The translations under genes were made by a program, and so were the position numbers. A stretch of 64,000 bases of DNA from Tubiluchus corallicola (taxonomy: Eukaryota > Animalia > Priapulida), in NCBI GenBank assembly GCA_030141605.1, contig JAQGDQ010000018.1, positions 992,001 through 1,056,000 of the forward strand, in the 5' to 3' direction. The notes beneath the pieces are model-generated. The model was not told the DNA's origin. It saw only the letters and a program-made list of their open reading frames with translations, and did no database searches. This document shows, in pieces, positions 51,801 to 64,000 of this stretch; the stretch's first letter is position 1, and every line of letters begins with the position of its first letter.

Positions 51801-54800
51801 TTGTGTTTCATAAAATCAATTTGCATGTAGTTAGAAACTTTGTGATTTATAAATAATGTAGCTAGTAAACAAAGATGTTATAAAAACGTTAGTGATATAT
51901 TCCCGCCGATTTTACTAAATTTATATTGCGCCCCATAAACCGCTACATCTAGAAATGTTTGCAAATTGAAATTTAATATGATTTTGCCTTATTGTAAAAC
52001 CTCTTTAATATTTAATAAGCGATGCGTCCAAAACATGAAAATTTCGAAATTGAATGGGTGTTGCGCATGGAGTTGTTCACTTTTTCACTAGCTGACACCA
52101 TCTGCTGTTTGCTGAACACAAATCAATCTCGCTTGTTTGTGGCCCGTCAATCAGGCTGCCATTAAAGCTTTGTGCGGCGGTGCAGTCCATCACGTTTATA
52201 TGCATTCGTGTGGAGTATCAATCATAAGCTGCCTTATTACTTGTGGCATGCGTCTGACAGGCTGATGTGTTGGCGAGCTTATTGCCTCTGCTCCCGCTGA
52301 GCGACCTAGCCACAGCTCATCTCAGCTTGCCCTCTTATTAAAGCAACATCAATGGCACACAAAAGATGTTTTTTAAGAATCAGTCTTTGTTTTTGTATTA
52401 CCTTCGTTATAATTCTTCTTGTTGTCATCATCATCATCATTATAATTAATCTTTCGCATCAGCATTATTGTCTTCGTCATTATCATCATTTTCATACTCG
52501 TTACTGGGGCCAGCCTTTTTCGTCGTTTGACACTTTTACAGAACCCGCTAGCTTTCTCGGCCTTCGCCAAGGTTTTCGTTAACACCAATTTTATTTCGTT
52601 TTGAGGAGAACGAGAAATAATGGTATTTTGACTGTTTTTTTTAGAATATAGCCATCATTGAATTTTTCCATCACTCACAGACTGCCCGCCACAGGAACAA
52701 AGTGTCGATATTCTTTTTTTTCTGAAAATATAAACTCTTAATGATTATTAATTTAATTAAGTAGCAGGTTTTGGAGAACAAAAAACCGGATGTAGACATA
52801 CCGAGTACCATTCCATTTTCAGTGAAGAAAAAACTGAATTTATTAATGATCACTTTAGTCGATTTTTATCACTGATTGAAAATTTGACCATATTTCATGC
52901 GCCGAAAGTGATTTTTAAACTACACGTCTGTAACAATTTGACAAGCTGTTTTTGAAGAACGTTCCTGCAAGTCGGCTTCTGGACCAAGTGTCAGTAAAAA
53001 AATGCTAGATTAACAATCCGTAATCACTAATTAGCGTTAAAATACTTAAAAATTGGTTTAAAAATGTAAAATATCACTAATTTTTAATTGCGTAGGTCTG
53101 CGTTCAAGGCAAGTTTGCTGTTATAGTCTTTGTTGTCGCATGTCTTTGTCAACTGCACTGCTGTAATTATTAAGCTCGTCTTTTGAAAATGGGCTAAAAA
53201 ACTGTATTATCTTTTTTATAGAATGTAGTAAGAGGATGTGAAGCATGGTGAAGCATTGCTGCAAAAATTTAAGTTCGTTCACTTGCACTCCTGGCAGTCA
53301 CTGAAGGCATCCCGTAATTTTAAAACTGGGGTTTAATGCAATGTTTTGATTTTACGAGTGGATTCATTTTTACGAACCATCTTACATATTTTATCATGCT
53401 CAACTAAGTTTCCTGAATATCCCTGCTTGCATGGAAATCGGATTGGTGTGTTCCCACGCAAAAACCTTGCTTGATTAAAGTGATTTGGCCTGCCAAGCCT
53501 GTGCCTGTCAGCACGGATATAGACAGCTAAATCCGATGTTGTACTGTCAGCCCCTGTCTGATTGATGCGCTGACTTGCCTGCCAAATTTTGCTTCTGCAT
53601 CACAATAAATGTACCAGCTTTGCTTTGAAAAAGGCACGTGTGGTGGTAGAGCATTATTAGTGGCCGTGAAGTTTAGGTTTACAATCAGTATAATATGCTT
53701 AGGACTGCAAAATCTATATTCTGAAAACAACACATGATAATGCATTGCTAAACTATTAAGAAATCATAGTTATTAACGGAATAACGCAGCGCTCAAACAA
53801 GCAGCATTATTAATATTACAGTGTTTGTAATAATTTATTGTACTTAATGTAGTCCATTTTGTTTTCAGTTAAACACATTCTTGGTCGTTAAAACTACACA
53901 CAAAAACTACTTTTCATTGGTACTAAATGAGTGAAATGGTCCATTTGCTGATTATTTGCAATACTCTTTATAAGTTTAAGCAGTCCGCCCGATACGTCTC
54001 ATTTATGTGTATCGAAAACACTGCCAAATGATATATGTAGACTTGCCATTATAAAAATCCCAGTTCGTTATTGTCTTTTCTGTAATTAGGTACCTCATTT
54101 CTGAACTCTGGCAGAACATTCATTCACTTGAATAATATTATTCAGTCAAATCTCTTATATTAATATTCTTGGTATCTTAATATATATATATATATTTATT
54201 TATATATAAGATTCGAGGCTACAGCTCCGACCAGGGCAACATTTGTAAATATTATTGCATCGCAGTTGAAAATATTAGACGAAACTCATTAAATGTTTTC
54301 ACAAGTGCTTTTACTACCTGATCTTTTCGTCCCGGTTACTTTTCATTGTATTTTGACAGTTTTCGCATACCGGTTTATTGCCTTTTTTCTTGTTCCACAA
54401 ACAACAAATGACATCTTTATGTCGGTGTTTGACTTGATTTATGACGTCATTAAGGGGCGTTGGTAGTTTGGCATTAAATAATTTGAGTGACAATTCGTGA
54501 TCATGATAAATACCTGTTTAAGCTGATGGACTTAACTCGTTTACTTCCCGTGTTTCTGCGCTTATTATCAACGACATTTTATTCAAGGTTTTGCAACGTT
54601 CTCCTCGGCACTTCAATTTCTTTGTTGTTCGCTGAAGATACTACAGTGACTTGCATTAAAGCTGCTAGCGAATATGGACTCTCGTCATGTCGCATCTTCC
54701 TTAGCTATTAGCGGCTTGATAATTCTAGAAAATGTTTTCGCTTATAGTCTGGCGAAATCATCTTGATAGACCTTGTCATCTGTCACGATTTTATACAAAT

Positions 54801-57800
54801 GAAGTTAGACAAGTTTTGTGCAGAAGCAACAATGGTCTGATGATCGTTATCCATCACAAGTCGAACAAGGCTGAGCTCCTCTGCGCACAAAACCTGTCAA
54901 AACCGTTAAGATGAATGTCAGTTTATCAATTCCTGGCGCAGTAATTACCTCTGATTACTGTAAATACGTGTATTCGCTCAGTGCAATTCTGTTATCTATA
55001 TTATGATAATGCAAATGTCAGGCTGCAGTTAGCCGGTGGCCATGATGGATGAGGTGCTTTTATCATCTTAGCCCTGCTTTTACACTTTTTACTATACAAG
55101 TTTACTTTACTTTATTTACTTCAATTAAAATGACTTGTTGATTAGCTGCACAAGGTTGTATTTATTCAAAAGGCTCTTTTAGGGTCCTCAGTGTTCTGCA
55201 TGCTTCACAGGCATCTAATGATACTTCCTATCACGCGGCGTGGTAAAAAATAAACGCATCTTAGTCATTGCTGTTAATGTTTAATGAAGCTGGAAGACGG
55301 CATTAATTGCACTGCACTTTTATTATTATGCTGATATTAATTATGCTTCAAGAGATGCTTGTTTGCCCATAAGAATATTATGTGCTGTACATGCTGTAAT
55401 ATAAAACCAGAAATTACAGTAAATAATAAATAATTCATAAAATATTTTTATATTTTACGACCAGCATGCTTTGTTCTGAACTGCCGGGCGCCGATTAGAT
55501 TAACTCGGAAGTGTCTATTTTATGGCTGCTCCCACTTATTTCACAATCATAGCTGCCATAAATCATATTGACATCCTGTTCTGTAGTTTCTGATGAAACA
55601 AAATTTGTTTTTGTTGCAGATTCTATTGATGGAACTGTGGAGGAAAGCAGTGACGAAAGCGATGAGGAAGAAGGAACTGAGGAGTTGAATGATGGCGACA
55701 GTGCATCAGATATGGAGTCATCTGATGATGGGATCAGCCACACTAAGAAGCGTAATGGTGAAGAACAAAAACATATTGACAAGACTGCTAAAGAAGAGTC
55801 GAAAGAAAAGCAGTATCACTTACATACAGAATTACAAAATCAGCCTCCTGACACCCAAGCTCCTGCATCTGAGAAAGCATCTTCAACACCAACAACTGCT
55901 CGATTTCACAAAGGCAGTTTTAGTACTCCTAAAATGAGGTATTTAAGTCAATACAGACAAGAACAAGCTCAGAAACTTCAAACTCAAGAAACTGCTACAA
56001 TGTCTTATTGTGACGATAATAATGTTGATAGATTGCCTTCCCAACATGAACATTCAGACTCTACACAGACTGAGACTAAACCTGCTACCATTAAGGTAGA
56101 GAAGTCACAGGTGACAGACTGTGCATCATCAAAATTAACTAATATTTCTGTGACACCCAAATGTGAAAATGTGAAAGTGAAGGATGAATGTACAATGCCT
56201 TCTCCATCGGCATCTCCCAAGTCTTGCATTTTGCTGATGGAAAATGTAGCTCTGAAGAACGGTTTGCAGCAGAATGACATTACAGGATTCAAATGTACTT
56301 GCGGACACATGTTTAGCAGCTTAAAAGAGTATACTGTCCACATGGGACAAACGGGCCATGCACCGAATCACAGCACACAGTTATACCCACACAAGTTAGT
56401 TCGTGGACAGGATATGTGGCTTGTAAATGGTAACGAACAAACTCAACAGATTCTTAAATGCATTCGATGTGGAGAATCATTTAAATCGTTACCTGATTTA
56501 ACAATGCATATGATGCAGACTCAGCATTATGCAAACATTGTGAGTCCTGGACAAATTGATGAACCGGTGATTAATGAAAAATTTCTGAAAGACACTTTCA
56601 AGTGTAAAGTTTGTTCTGAATCTTTTAATAATTTGGCAGAATTGACAGAACACATAACGTGCCACAAGCACTACAAAGGTCACATTTTAAAATCAATATC
56701 AGAACGAGCCCACAAACTTAGATATAGTTCTTTGTTGGGCACAAGTTCTAGAAGTCAAGATTATCCATTGTCTCCTGAGCACAGTGTCTCGCAGGCTTGC
56801 ATACGATGTGAACATTGTGGCACTTTAGTACATATGCATAACTTTTCTGCACATGTGAGAAAGTGCTTGACCATCACTGCTAATGAATTAGATTCTAAGA
56901 AATCAGAAGCACTTAAATCGAAATCCAACTGTGTACAAATTATGTCCTCTTTATCACCTAAACGGTCTGCAGTAACGGCACACAAGAGTTTTCAATGTGC
57001 ACCTGCTCACAATAAGATCAAAACTTCAACAAAGTCACCTGTACAACCTGCTGATGATGAACCTATGCCAGAACCCCTTGATTTAAGCAAGAAAAATAAA
57101 AAAAACAGTGAGTCAACAGATTCAGCGACGAAAACAAGTCCTGACACAGCAGATTACTCTGTTTTAAGTGCAATACAGTCCTTAATTGATCGTCGATTTA
57201 AGGCTGGCAAGAACAATCAATCACGAAGTCTCAGGCAGGCAGATTTCCTGCTCCGTTCGCATACAAATATCACCGCAAATCCCATAGCTGCTTACTTTGC
57301 TCATTCTGCAGCTTTGCATCAAAGGGCTTCAGTGACAATGTCATCTGACAGGCAAAGGTCTCAGCAATATACAGTGGAGAAACGAACAGACGAAACTGTC
57401 AACACGAAGTCTCCATATGCCAAAGAGTTGAAGCGGAATGTGCCAGCAGATCACATTAGAAAGGTCATTGATGTGTCAAGCAAGACTGACATGAAGGACA
57501 TCAACAGACTGTCGTTGAAATGTTCTGCTTCATCTGCAAGCCATCTGCTGCACTTAAAGTCTGCTGAAGCAAGAAAGCACCATTCTGATTATTATAGCAA
57601 ATACAGGCCAAAGCCCGAACCCCGTGAAAGACCTAATGAGGAACAAGCATTGAAAATCACCAGTGATTATTTCCGAGCTAGGTTATTTGAACTAATGAAA
57701 AGGGAACAAGTGCAATTAGCAGGTTTTAAAGCCACAGGTGTGAAAGTAGAAGCAACAGAATTACAAAATGATGCATACATAAGTGAGGAAAACCATTCTG

Positions 57801-58564
57801 ATGAGGTTTCTGGTTATGGAAACGCCAAGTTAAACGGCGGTGGTCTTGATAAATCACCTCGGGGCAGTACGGACGAGGGAGATGAGGATGGAGTGAGTGA
57901 CAGTGACAGGCGTTCCACAGAGGAATGCACAACAGCAGATGAATCATCAATCAGCCTGACACACCACCTTAATAAATCACTAACAGAATGTGACAGGAAA
58001 AAATGTCATGCACAATGCACACAAAAGCCTAATTGCAGCCTGCAAGTCAGCCATTTACAGGAGAAAAGTGATCATCATGAAAGTGAAGTGGCAGGTACTA
58101 TACAGGAAGTCATCCACAAAGTGGGAGGTGAGGAGGAGAGTCTAAAAAATGGTGAAAGAATCAGCGATTTGGCTGACAAGAGTGATGGTTTAATGGAAAA
58201 CAATAAAGAGGGAACAGGTGGTAAGAAATACTCGCCAAATAACTCTTTGACAGATAGAACTGATGATGAATGCTTGTATGAAAAATCTGCTAATGAGAAT
58301 TTATTGCTCGGCAAAAACGCTGTCAGTGATGATATATGGCACAAAAACTGTGAAAACCTGACGAAAGGGTTGAAAGAGGATTTGGATGACAGCCCATTGA
58401 GTATACTAAAGCGAAAATTTGCCCCTGAAAATAATCATTATCAAACTGACACTATGGTGAAAAAAGTTCCCAGGCTTTGTGCTGAAATTATTGTAGACAC
58501 ATCACCAATAAAAGAAAATCCTTTAGTTAGTTTACAAAAGCTGCTTGATAAAAAACTCTGCTGA
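48621..58564 (+). CDS. tsh: Teashirt/tiptop family zinc-finger transcription factor, ~994 aa; exons 48621-48660 and 55620-58564
   Basis: The 40-nt first exon MTRRKQECPKRLK ends at a phase-1 GTGAGT donor, as in the MPRRKQQAPRR first exon of TSHZ genes. The acceptor TTGTTGCAG at 55619 restores the following Tyr. The protein has an acidic N-terminus, the teashirt block KLVRGQDMWL...EQTQQILKCIRCGESFKSLPDLTMHMMQTQHY and further widely spaced fingers. It also has a PLDLS CtBP motif and NPLVSLQKL/SVLSAIQSL motifs. Confidence 0.93.
48787..48907. repeat. (TA)n tracts with a perfect 20-bp inverted repeat
   Basis: TATTTGTAACTTTTTCGCTT (48840-48859) and AAGCGAAAAAGTTACAAATA (48888-48907) flank an (AT)n spacer. 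Confidence 0.92.
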
Positions 58565-58863
58565 TACCGATACAGTATTAGTCAAGTACTTCTTTAATAC
58601 ATTATTTTTTCCAGTTTATATTTATAATTCACAGCTACAGCTCTTTAAAATCGGTCACCAATACAACTAATCGATTGGTTTCATCTGTTGCCTTCTTTCA
58701 ATATGTTAATTCACTTTGTTTGTGTCGCGTGTACTTGTTGGCTTTTCGTTGCTAATTTATTCCTTCTGACTTTGTGCAGTAATTATTACAAATAGCAGCT
58801 TTTAATGTTTGTCTTTATCATGTGATTTTATCTGTTAAATTTAATATTTTGTATTATGGTGTA

Positions 58864-58869
58864 AATAAA
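58864..58869 (+). terminator. Probable teashirt polyadenylation signal AATAAA
   Basis: Canonical hexamer 300 nt after the stop codon, at the end of a T-rich 3'UTR. Confidence 0.5.
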
Positions 58870-60140
58870 CGTCATGAGTAAGTATATAATATATCTCAGA
58901 ACCGCAACTTTTTTCCAATGTTTAACAGCCCATGTGTATGCGCGCTCTTTCTTATGCTTAAAAATAATGACCTTGATAATGTGCAAGGACCTCTATCATG
59001 GCTGAAACGCAAGAAAGATTGATAGTTGTCAGATCATTAGTCATGTTTATGGTGGTTTTATTAAAATGAGGCTGCGCAAAAAGCCGTCGCAAACGCCGCC
59101 ATATTTCATCAGCTCTGTTAAAGCTGTCAACTTCGCAGCTTTCATCTGAAATCAAGGCGATCGCGTCGGCCTCATTCTCGTCATAGCGACCAAACTATCT
59201 AATACATCACGGTGACAGTTGTGAGAACCGTCTTGCATCCGAGGAGAATAGCTAATTTATGTTCCGTGAACAAACGCCGGCTATTGTACACCGTGAAATG
59301 TTATTAAATTCAATGACGTGTGAAACGACGAATGTATGGTGAGATGAGTCAGCGAGAGAGAAAAGAGTTTATTCTCATTTCACATAAATCACGTCCTGCG
59401 CAATTCTAAATTGCGAGGAAAGTCCCCCCGGACGTCGCATGAACTTTGTTAAATGAAACACCCAGTGTATTTGCTTGGCAAACGGAAATTACGTGCTATC
59501 AAAATATATTGAAGATGTTTTACTATGCCTTGTATGCTATGCACAGTTTATGTTTGGTACCTGCGATGTTTGCACGTAATCCAGCACATGTACAAAACTG
59601 TACAACATCATTACATTATTTGCGTCTCTACCCAGTACTGCTTGCTGATCCTATTATGCTGCCATCATCAGGAAACTAACAAGGCCACGAAGTTATTTAT
59701 TATTGCCATTGTTAGCTCATTTTTATTAATTAATGTGCGAAAATTACCACATCTTAAAATCAAACATGTAATCTTGCTAAGTAGTCGTATGAAGCACTTT
59801 AGTGGGGCAAAGTTGATGCATATATATCATCATTTTAAACAGTGTGTATATCAGTTATGGTAAGGTAGTGTCGAAAATGCGTTTTATTAGTACTTGCGCG
59901 CTACTTTACTATACAGTGACTTCAGTACATATTACAGTTTTTTATGGAACTGTTTAGTTGCTTTAAGTAATCATGCAAATGGCTTCACTTGTTAGTATTG
60001 TAAAAAAATGAAAATGTATTTTACAATGTCATCAGTATTAGATGAAATGGGCGCATGTATGATAACTGAGGTCAGTTACAGCAAAGTTTTGCACTGTGAT
60101 CACAAACAGCCTTTATAATAGCGTGGTAGTAGTTCTAAAT

Positions 60141-60671
60141 CATGGGTTCCCAACCTTAGGATCGTGACCCCAATTGAGGTCGCGAAGCATTTTTCGTGGA
60201 GTCACGGGCTAGTCCAATTTTTTTTAAAAGTGCTGTTTTCGTGAAAAATGCGTAAGTATGTGGTCTTATTTCCTCAGCCTCTCATTACATCATTTTGTTC
60301 TGGAAAGTGGAACCGGGTTTTCCCGCTCTAAATGCGGTATACCAGTGCTTGATTTTCGGGGGAAATGGAAACGCACGTTGTTCTGTACAGTGTACACTGC
60401 CCAAAAGCGTGTTGCTATTCATTTTACGTTGGGTCTCCTTAGAAACCTATTGCATTGCGATACTGTCGCTGAGAAACAGGTGCAACCATCACATGAATGA
60501 ATGAAACAATCACTCATTGTTCAATAATTTGTTGAATAGTAAGTTAAAATTAATAAATGCGAACGATACTGACTTGTAATAGTATAACATGTGATTATGT
60601 TCTTCGTGGAGTCATGATATGATGCAAGGTTTTGGAAAGGGCCGTCGTCAACAAAAGGTTGGGAACCACTG
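60141..60671. mobile_element. hAT-Charlie-type MITE with 8-bp TSD
   Basis: TIRs CATGGGTTCCCAACCTT / AAGGTTGGGAACCACTG. TTCTAAAT is duplicated at 60133-60140 and 60672-60679. Confidence 0.92.
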
Positions 60672-63600
60672 TTCTAAATAGTCGTTTAGCGTTGTCTTTA
60701 GCAATGATCATAGACTATTTCTAACAAATGCTAGTCAAAACAATTGTTTCAGTTATATTGAGAACCTTATATAGAAATGTCTTTGACTGTTGTCAGAAAC
60801 ATGGTTGTTCTGTACGTATGTTGGGTAAATCATGGCGCTTCGTGTACAAGTAGTTTTGAAAAAGTTACAGAAATTACTTTATTGCGATAATATGAGCTTA
60901 ATCAAAAATGACTTCCACACTCGGTAATTCATAATAAGTCATTCATTTCATTCAGTATAATTATAATAATTCATTCAGTAATAACACAGTTGCCACGTAG
61001 TGCCTAGTTGTCGCACTGAAACCTTTTTAAAACGCCTATACCAATGCCAATCCCGAACACTAATTGCCACTAAAACAACAGTATTTATACTTGTGAAACT
61101 GCGCGTAAAAATACAAACATCGCATCCATTTTTAGGCGGGGATTAAGGCCTGCTTAACTTTTATTTTTTTCCAACAGGGCAGTCGTGCGTAATTTGTAGC
61201 GTTTGTAGGGTGGGTAGTTACTTGTTTAGTTTGTAGACAGCTTTTAATTAATATCAGGAAGCTGTGATGTGCTTTAGGAACCGTTCCCCGTAACAGGTAA
61301 TTACTTAAACCGAAGCTCTCCTGCGCGTCTCATTACACAAATTAATCTCTCGCCATTCTAATGACAACTAATCATTAAAATTTGTGTTGAAGGCAGGACT
61401 TCTAAGACGCTTAAATGTCACCTGACGAACCTTGCGCGTGCATGCAAAAAATAATCTTAACAAAAATCTCGTTTCTGAAACTCCAAGTTCTGACAGCTAA
61501 AGCCATATATACCTGTCAATATGAGTGCAATAAGACGAAAACTATAAATTATTTGCGATAAATTTAGACATAGATGGTGAAGTGTAGAATGTAGGTGGCT
61601 AGAAGCTTATCTGTCACCAATATCAAAAATATGGCTGGTTAGGTTTACTATTGACCTTATAGCTTTGTAATCAATCAAGATTTATGGCACGGCGATATTA
61701 GGTCTATAATACGTTTTTTCCGGCCCTGTGCCGTTTCTTACTTCATATTGTATCTGGTTAAACTTAGTTTTGTCTTAATTGCCATTCATTTAAGGTTCTG
61801 ATCGACTGGCCCACACTGTCACTTTACCTGGTATAGGCGCATTGCAGTGTCCTATGTTTGGTTTGGGAACGCAGTTGTAGTTCATATAGTTGACAAACTG
61901 AGAATGCTGTCTTTTCGTGCAAACAGATAGTAATAACCAAAAAAGAAAACTGATTCTTTCTATGCTAAAGCTTGGTGGTAACGACATACATCTAGTTGTC
62001 ATTTAGTTCATTTTGTATAAGCACAATTACTCGTGAATAGGGAATCCTGCCACTTTATTTAGACACAGTTATGATCTATATATACGCGGTCAAACGTGGG
62101 ACACTGTCACACTACCTCTTTGTGTAATCACAAGTCAAGTAGTTGCACCTGTATTTCGTCCGCTGAGGCATGTTTTCACTTCGTGTAAACATTGATGGCA
62201 ACGTCGTTTTCTGTAAATATTTAGTAACAAGTGCGTCACTTGTACAGATTATGATGTCACTTGTATTTGTATGATCTGTCATATGTTGTAGAAAAAAAGC
62301 TGTAATATTGTGTACGGAGGAGTTTGGGCTGCAGGAGCGGGTAATAGCTACGTATCGTGGCTTGTAAATAGATTTACTATGCCAGCTTTTGATATATCAA
62401 GTTTTGAAAGAATATGTAATCTATATATGTGTCGCACCAGGCCTGCCTAATCAATGATTTATATACTAGAGTATTATCGTTAACGCAACAATAGGCATTT
62501 GACAAAATACTTTAAATATGATTATTCGCATGACCTTGGTGTGAAACTATATTTTATTTTAAACCATTTCGTATGACTCACGATTGGCCTAAATAACCCC
62601 ATGATGAATGTTAATGTCATTGATTAATTGCTAGTCTCAAATTCCAGGGTTGTTGTTTAGTGCGCAGGACAGGTAATAAAAGCTGTAATCCCGCGTGATG
62701 GATGGCTCGCCACTCTGCAAATGGAAGCCTCGTTGATGACAGAATGTCACATTTGACAAATGGTCTCTGCCTGCGCAAATGCTAAGCTTTCTGCTCACCG
62801 GATGGGAATTTGATTATCATAAACGAGGGTAAAGTGCGTGCTGTTCGCAATTAACGTTCAAGTATGCACACAACAACGACAAAATTTCCAAAATCGTTAA
62901 TTCCCGTTATAATAATTAATAGGGAGCGTCGTTAAGTAAACTCGAGTTTTGGAAAATTCGTTTCCAGCTATGGAAATTAGCTTTTAAGCCATTTTATAAT
63001 ACATACATTTCACCTACCGCACATATTGCAATAAACGCATGTGACTATTCCTTGATTTTATTAGTATAATAATTATTGATATTCTCGAATAATTTCCACT
63101 TTTCCTGCCGTTTACTGCAGCATCCAGTGATGCAGCAATTATATAAGCAGACTGAAATATACATAGAAGCGATATTATCAGCCTCTAACGTGTGAAAATA
63201 AAGTTAAACATCAGTTACTCGGAGCTTAATCAATATCATGTTCAAAATCATATTACAATAAAAATCTTTAGGCATTTGCAGAGCATGCTATCAGAGGCTG
63301 GCATTGGACAGCTATTAAACTAAAGTCCAGTCATTAAAGTCGCATGGGAATAATATCATAACTATGGCTAGATGGGGTTGAATAGGCTTGTATTCACACC
63401 GCTGTAGTTCACTTCAAATATAATACAGTGGATAGGCACATGCATGCAGCTGAAACTGTCACTCAAGAGGAAAGATACAATGCAAAATTTTATCTAATAT
63501 CAGGCTTTCAGAGTTTGAATGACAGCGCAGAGGATTCTGAGGTGCTTGACAAGGCAATCAGACAAAATGAACGCATGATGGCAGTTACCACATTTACAGG

Positions 63601-64000
63601 GGAGTACTGGAGGTGACCGTTCTGATTATAGGCGAAAAACATGTTCAACGCAACATCTAATCTGCTACTAAATAAATGCACTACATATATGCCTTGTGTC
63701 CATAATGCCTATTCTCGTTTCGTCATTTTGCAATTTACTTATACGCCCTCTTATAAAAGGATTAAACTCGCTATTGTCAATGGCGGAGTGTGCAGGACAA
63801 AAGTACTTCACATTTAAAGTGACAGATGTGCTTTTGCGTCACTTTTTCTATGAAAGAACAGTTTCAGTGCAGACATTTTAGACGCTGTCAAATGTAAAAC
63901 GGTTGTCAATAATATGACAGCGTGATGACAAGTTTAAGACTTTGAGCATGTAATAAGTTTGCGATTTCAAGTAAAAAACGCAAATCAGCAAAATTACGCT

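Noticed and set aside
52352-52588. Hydrophobic/His-rich ORFs in the teashirt intron
   Set aside because: They derive from a degenerate (ATC/ATT)n low-complexity tract.
55495-58344. Several antisense and alternate-frame ORFs overlapping teashirt exon 2
   Set aside because: They are expected shadows of a long coding exon and contain no motifs.

Overview
AT-rich animal (probably protostome invertebrate) genomic DNA with spliceosomal introns; it is not prokaryotic. Five protein-coding genes, all on the + strand, were reconstructed by hand from splice sites and reading-frame continuity. They are the 3' end of ERCC4/XPF (1-1554), TRAPPC2L (5 coding exons, 6593-9233), a C2H2 zinc-finger gene with one coding exon (16858-17832) followed by its own decayed tandem copy, importin-4 (27 exons, 20258-44246, 1078 aa) and a two-exon teashirt/tiptop gene (48621-58564, about 994 aa). 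TRAPPC2L and IPO4 each carry a minor-spliceosome (U12) GT-AG intron, and IPO4 also has a GC-AG intron. Intergenic and intronic DNA holds a frameshifted LINE, an older LINE relic, three copies of a pogo/Tigger-derived MITE, hAT MITEs and a foldback-like element. The most unusual element is 755 bp long with TGT...ACA ends, a 5-bp target duplication and four repeated sites at each end. The housekeeping-gene half looks CpG-depleted and the teashirt half does not, and a ~435-bp (CT)n tract sits near the transition. I found no clearly new multi-gene system. Gene identities rest on my recall of family sequences, not on database searches.
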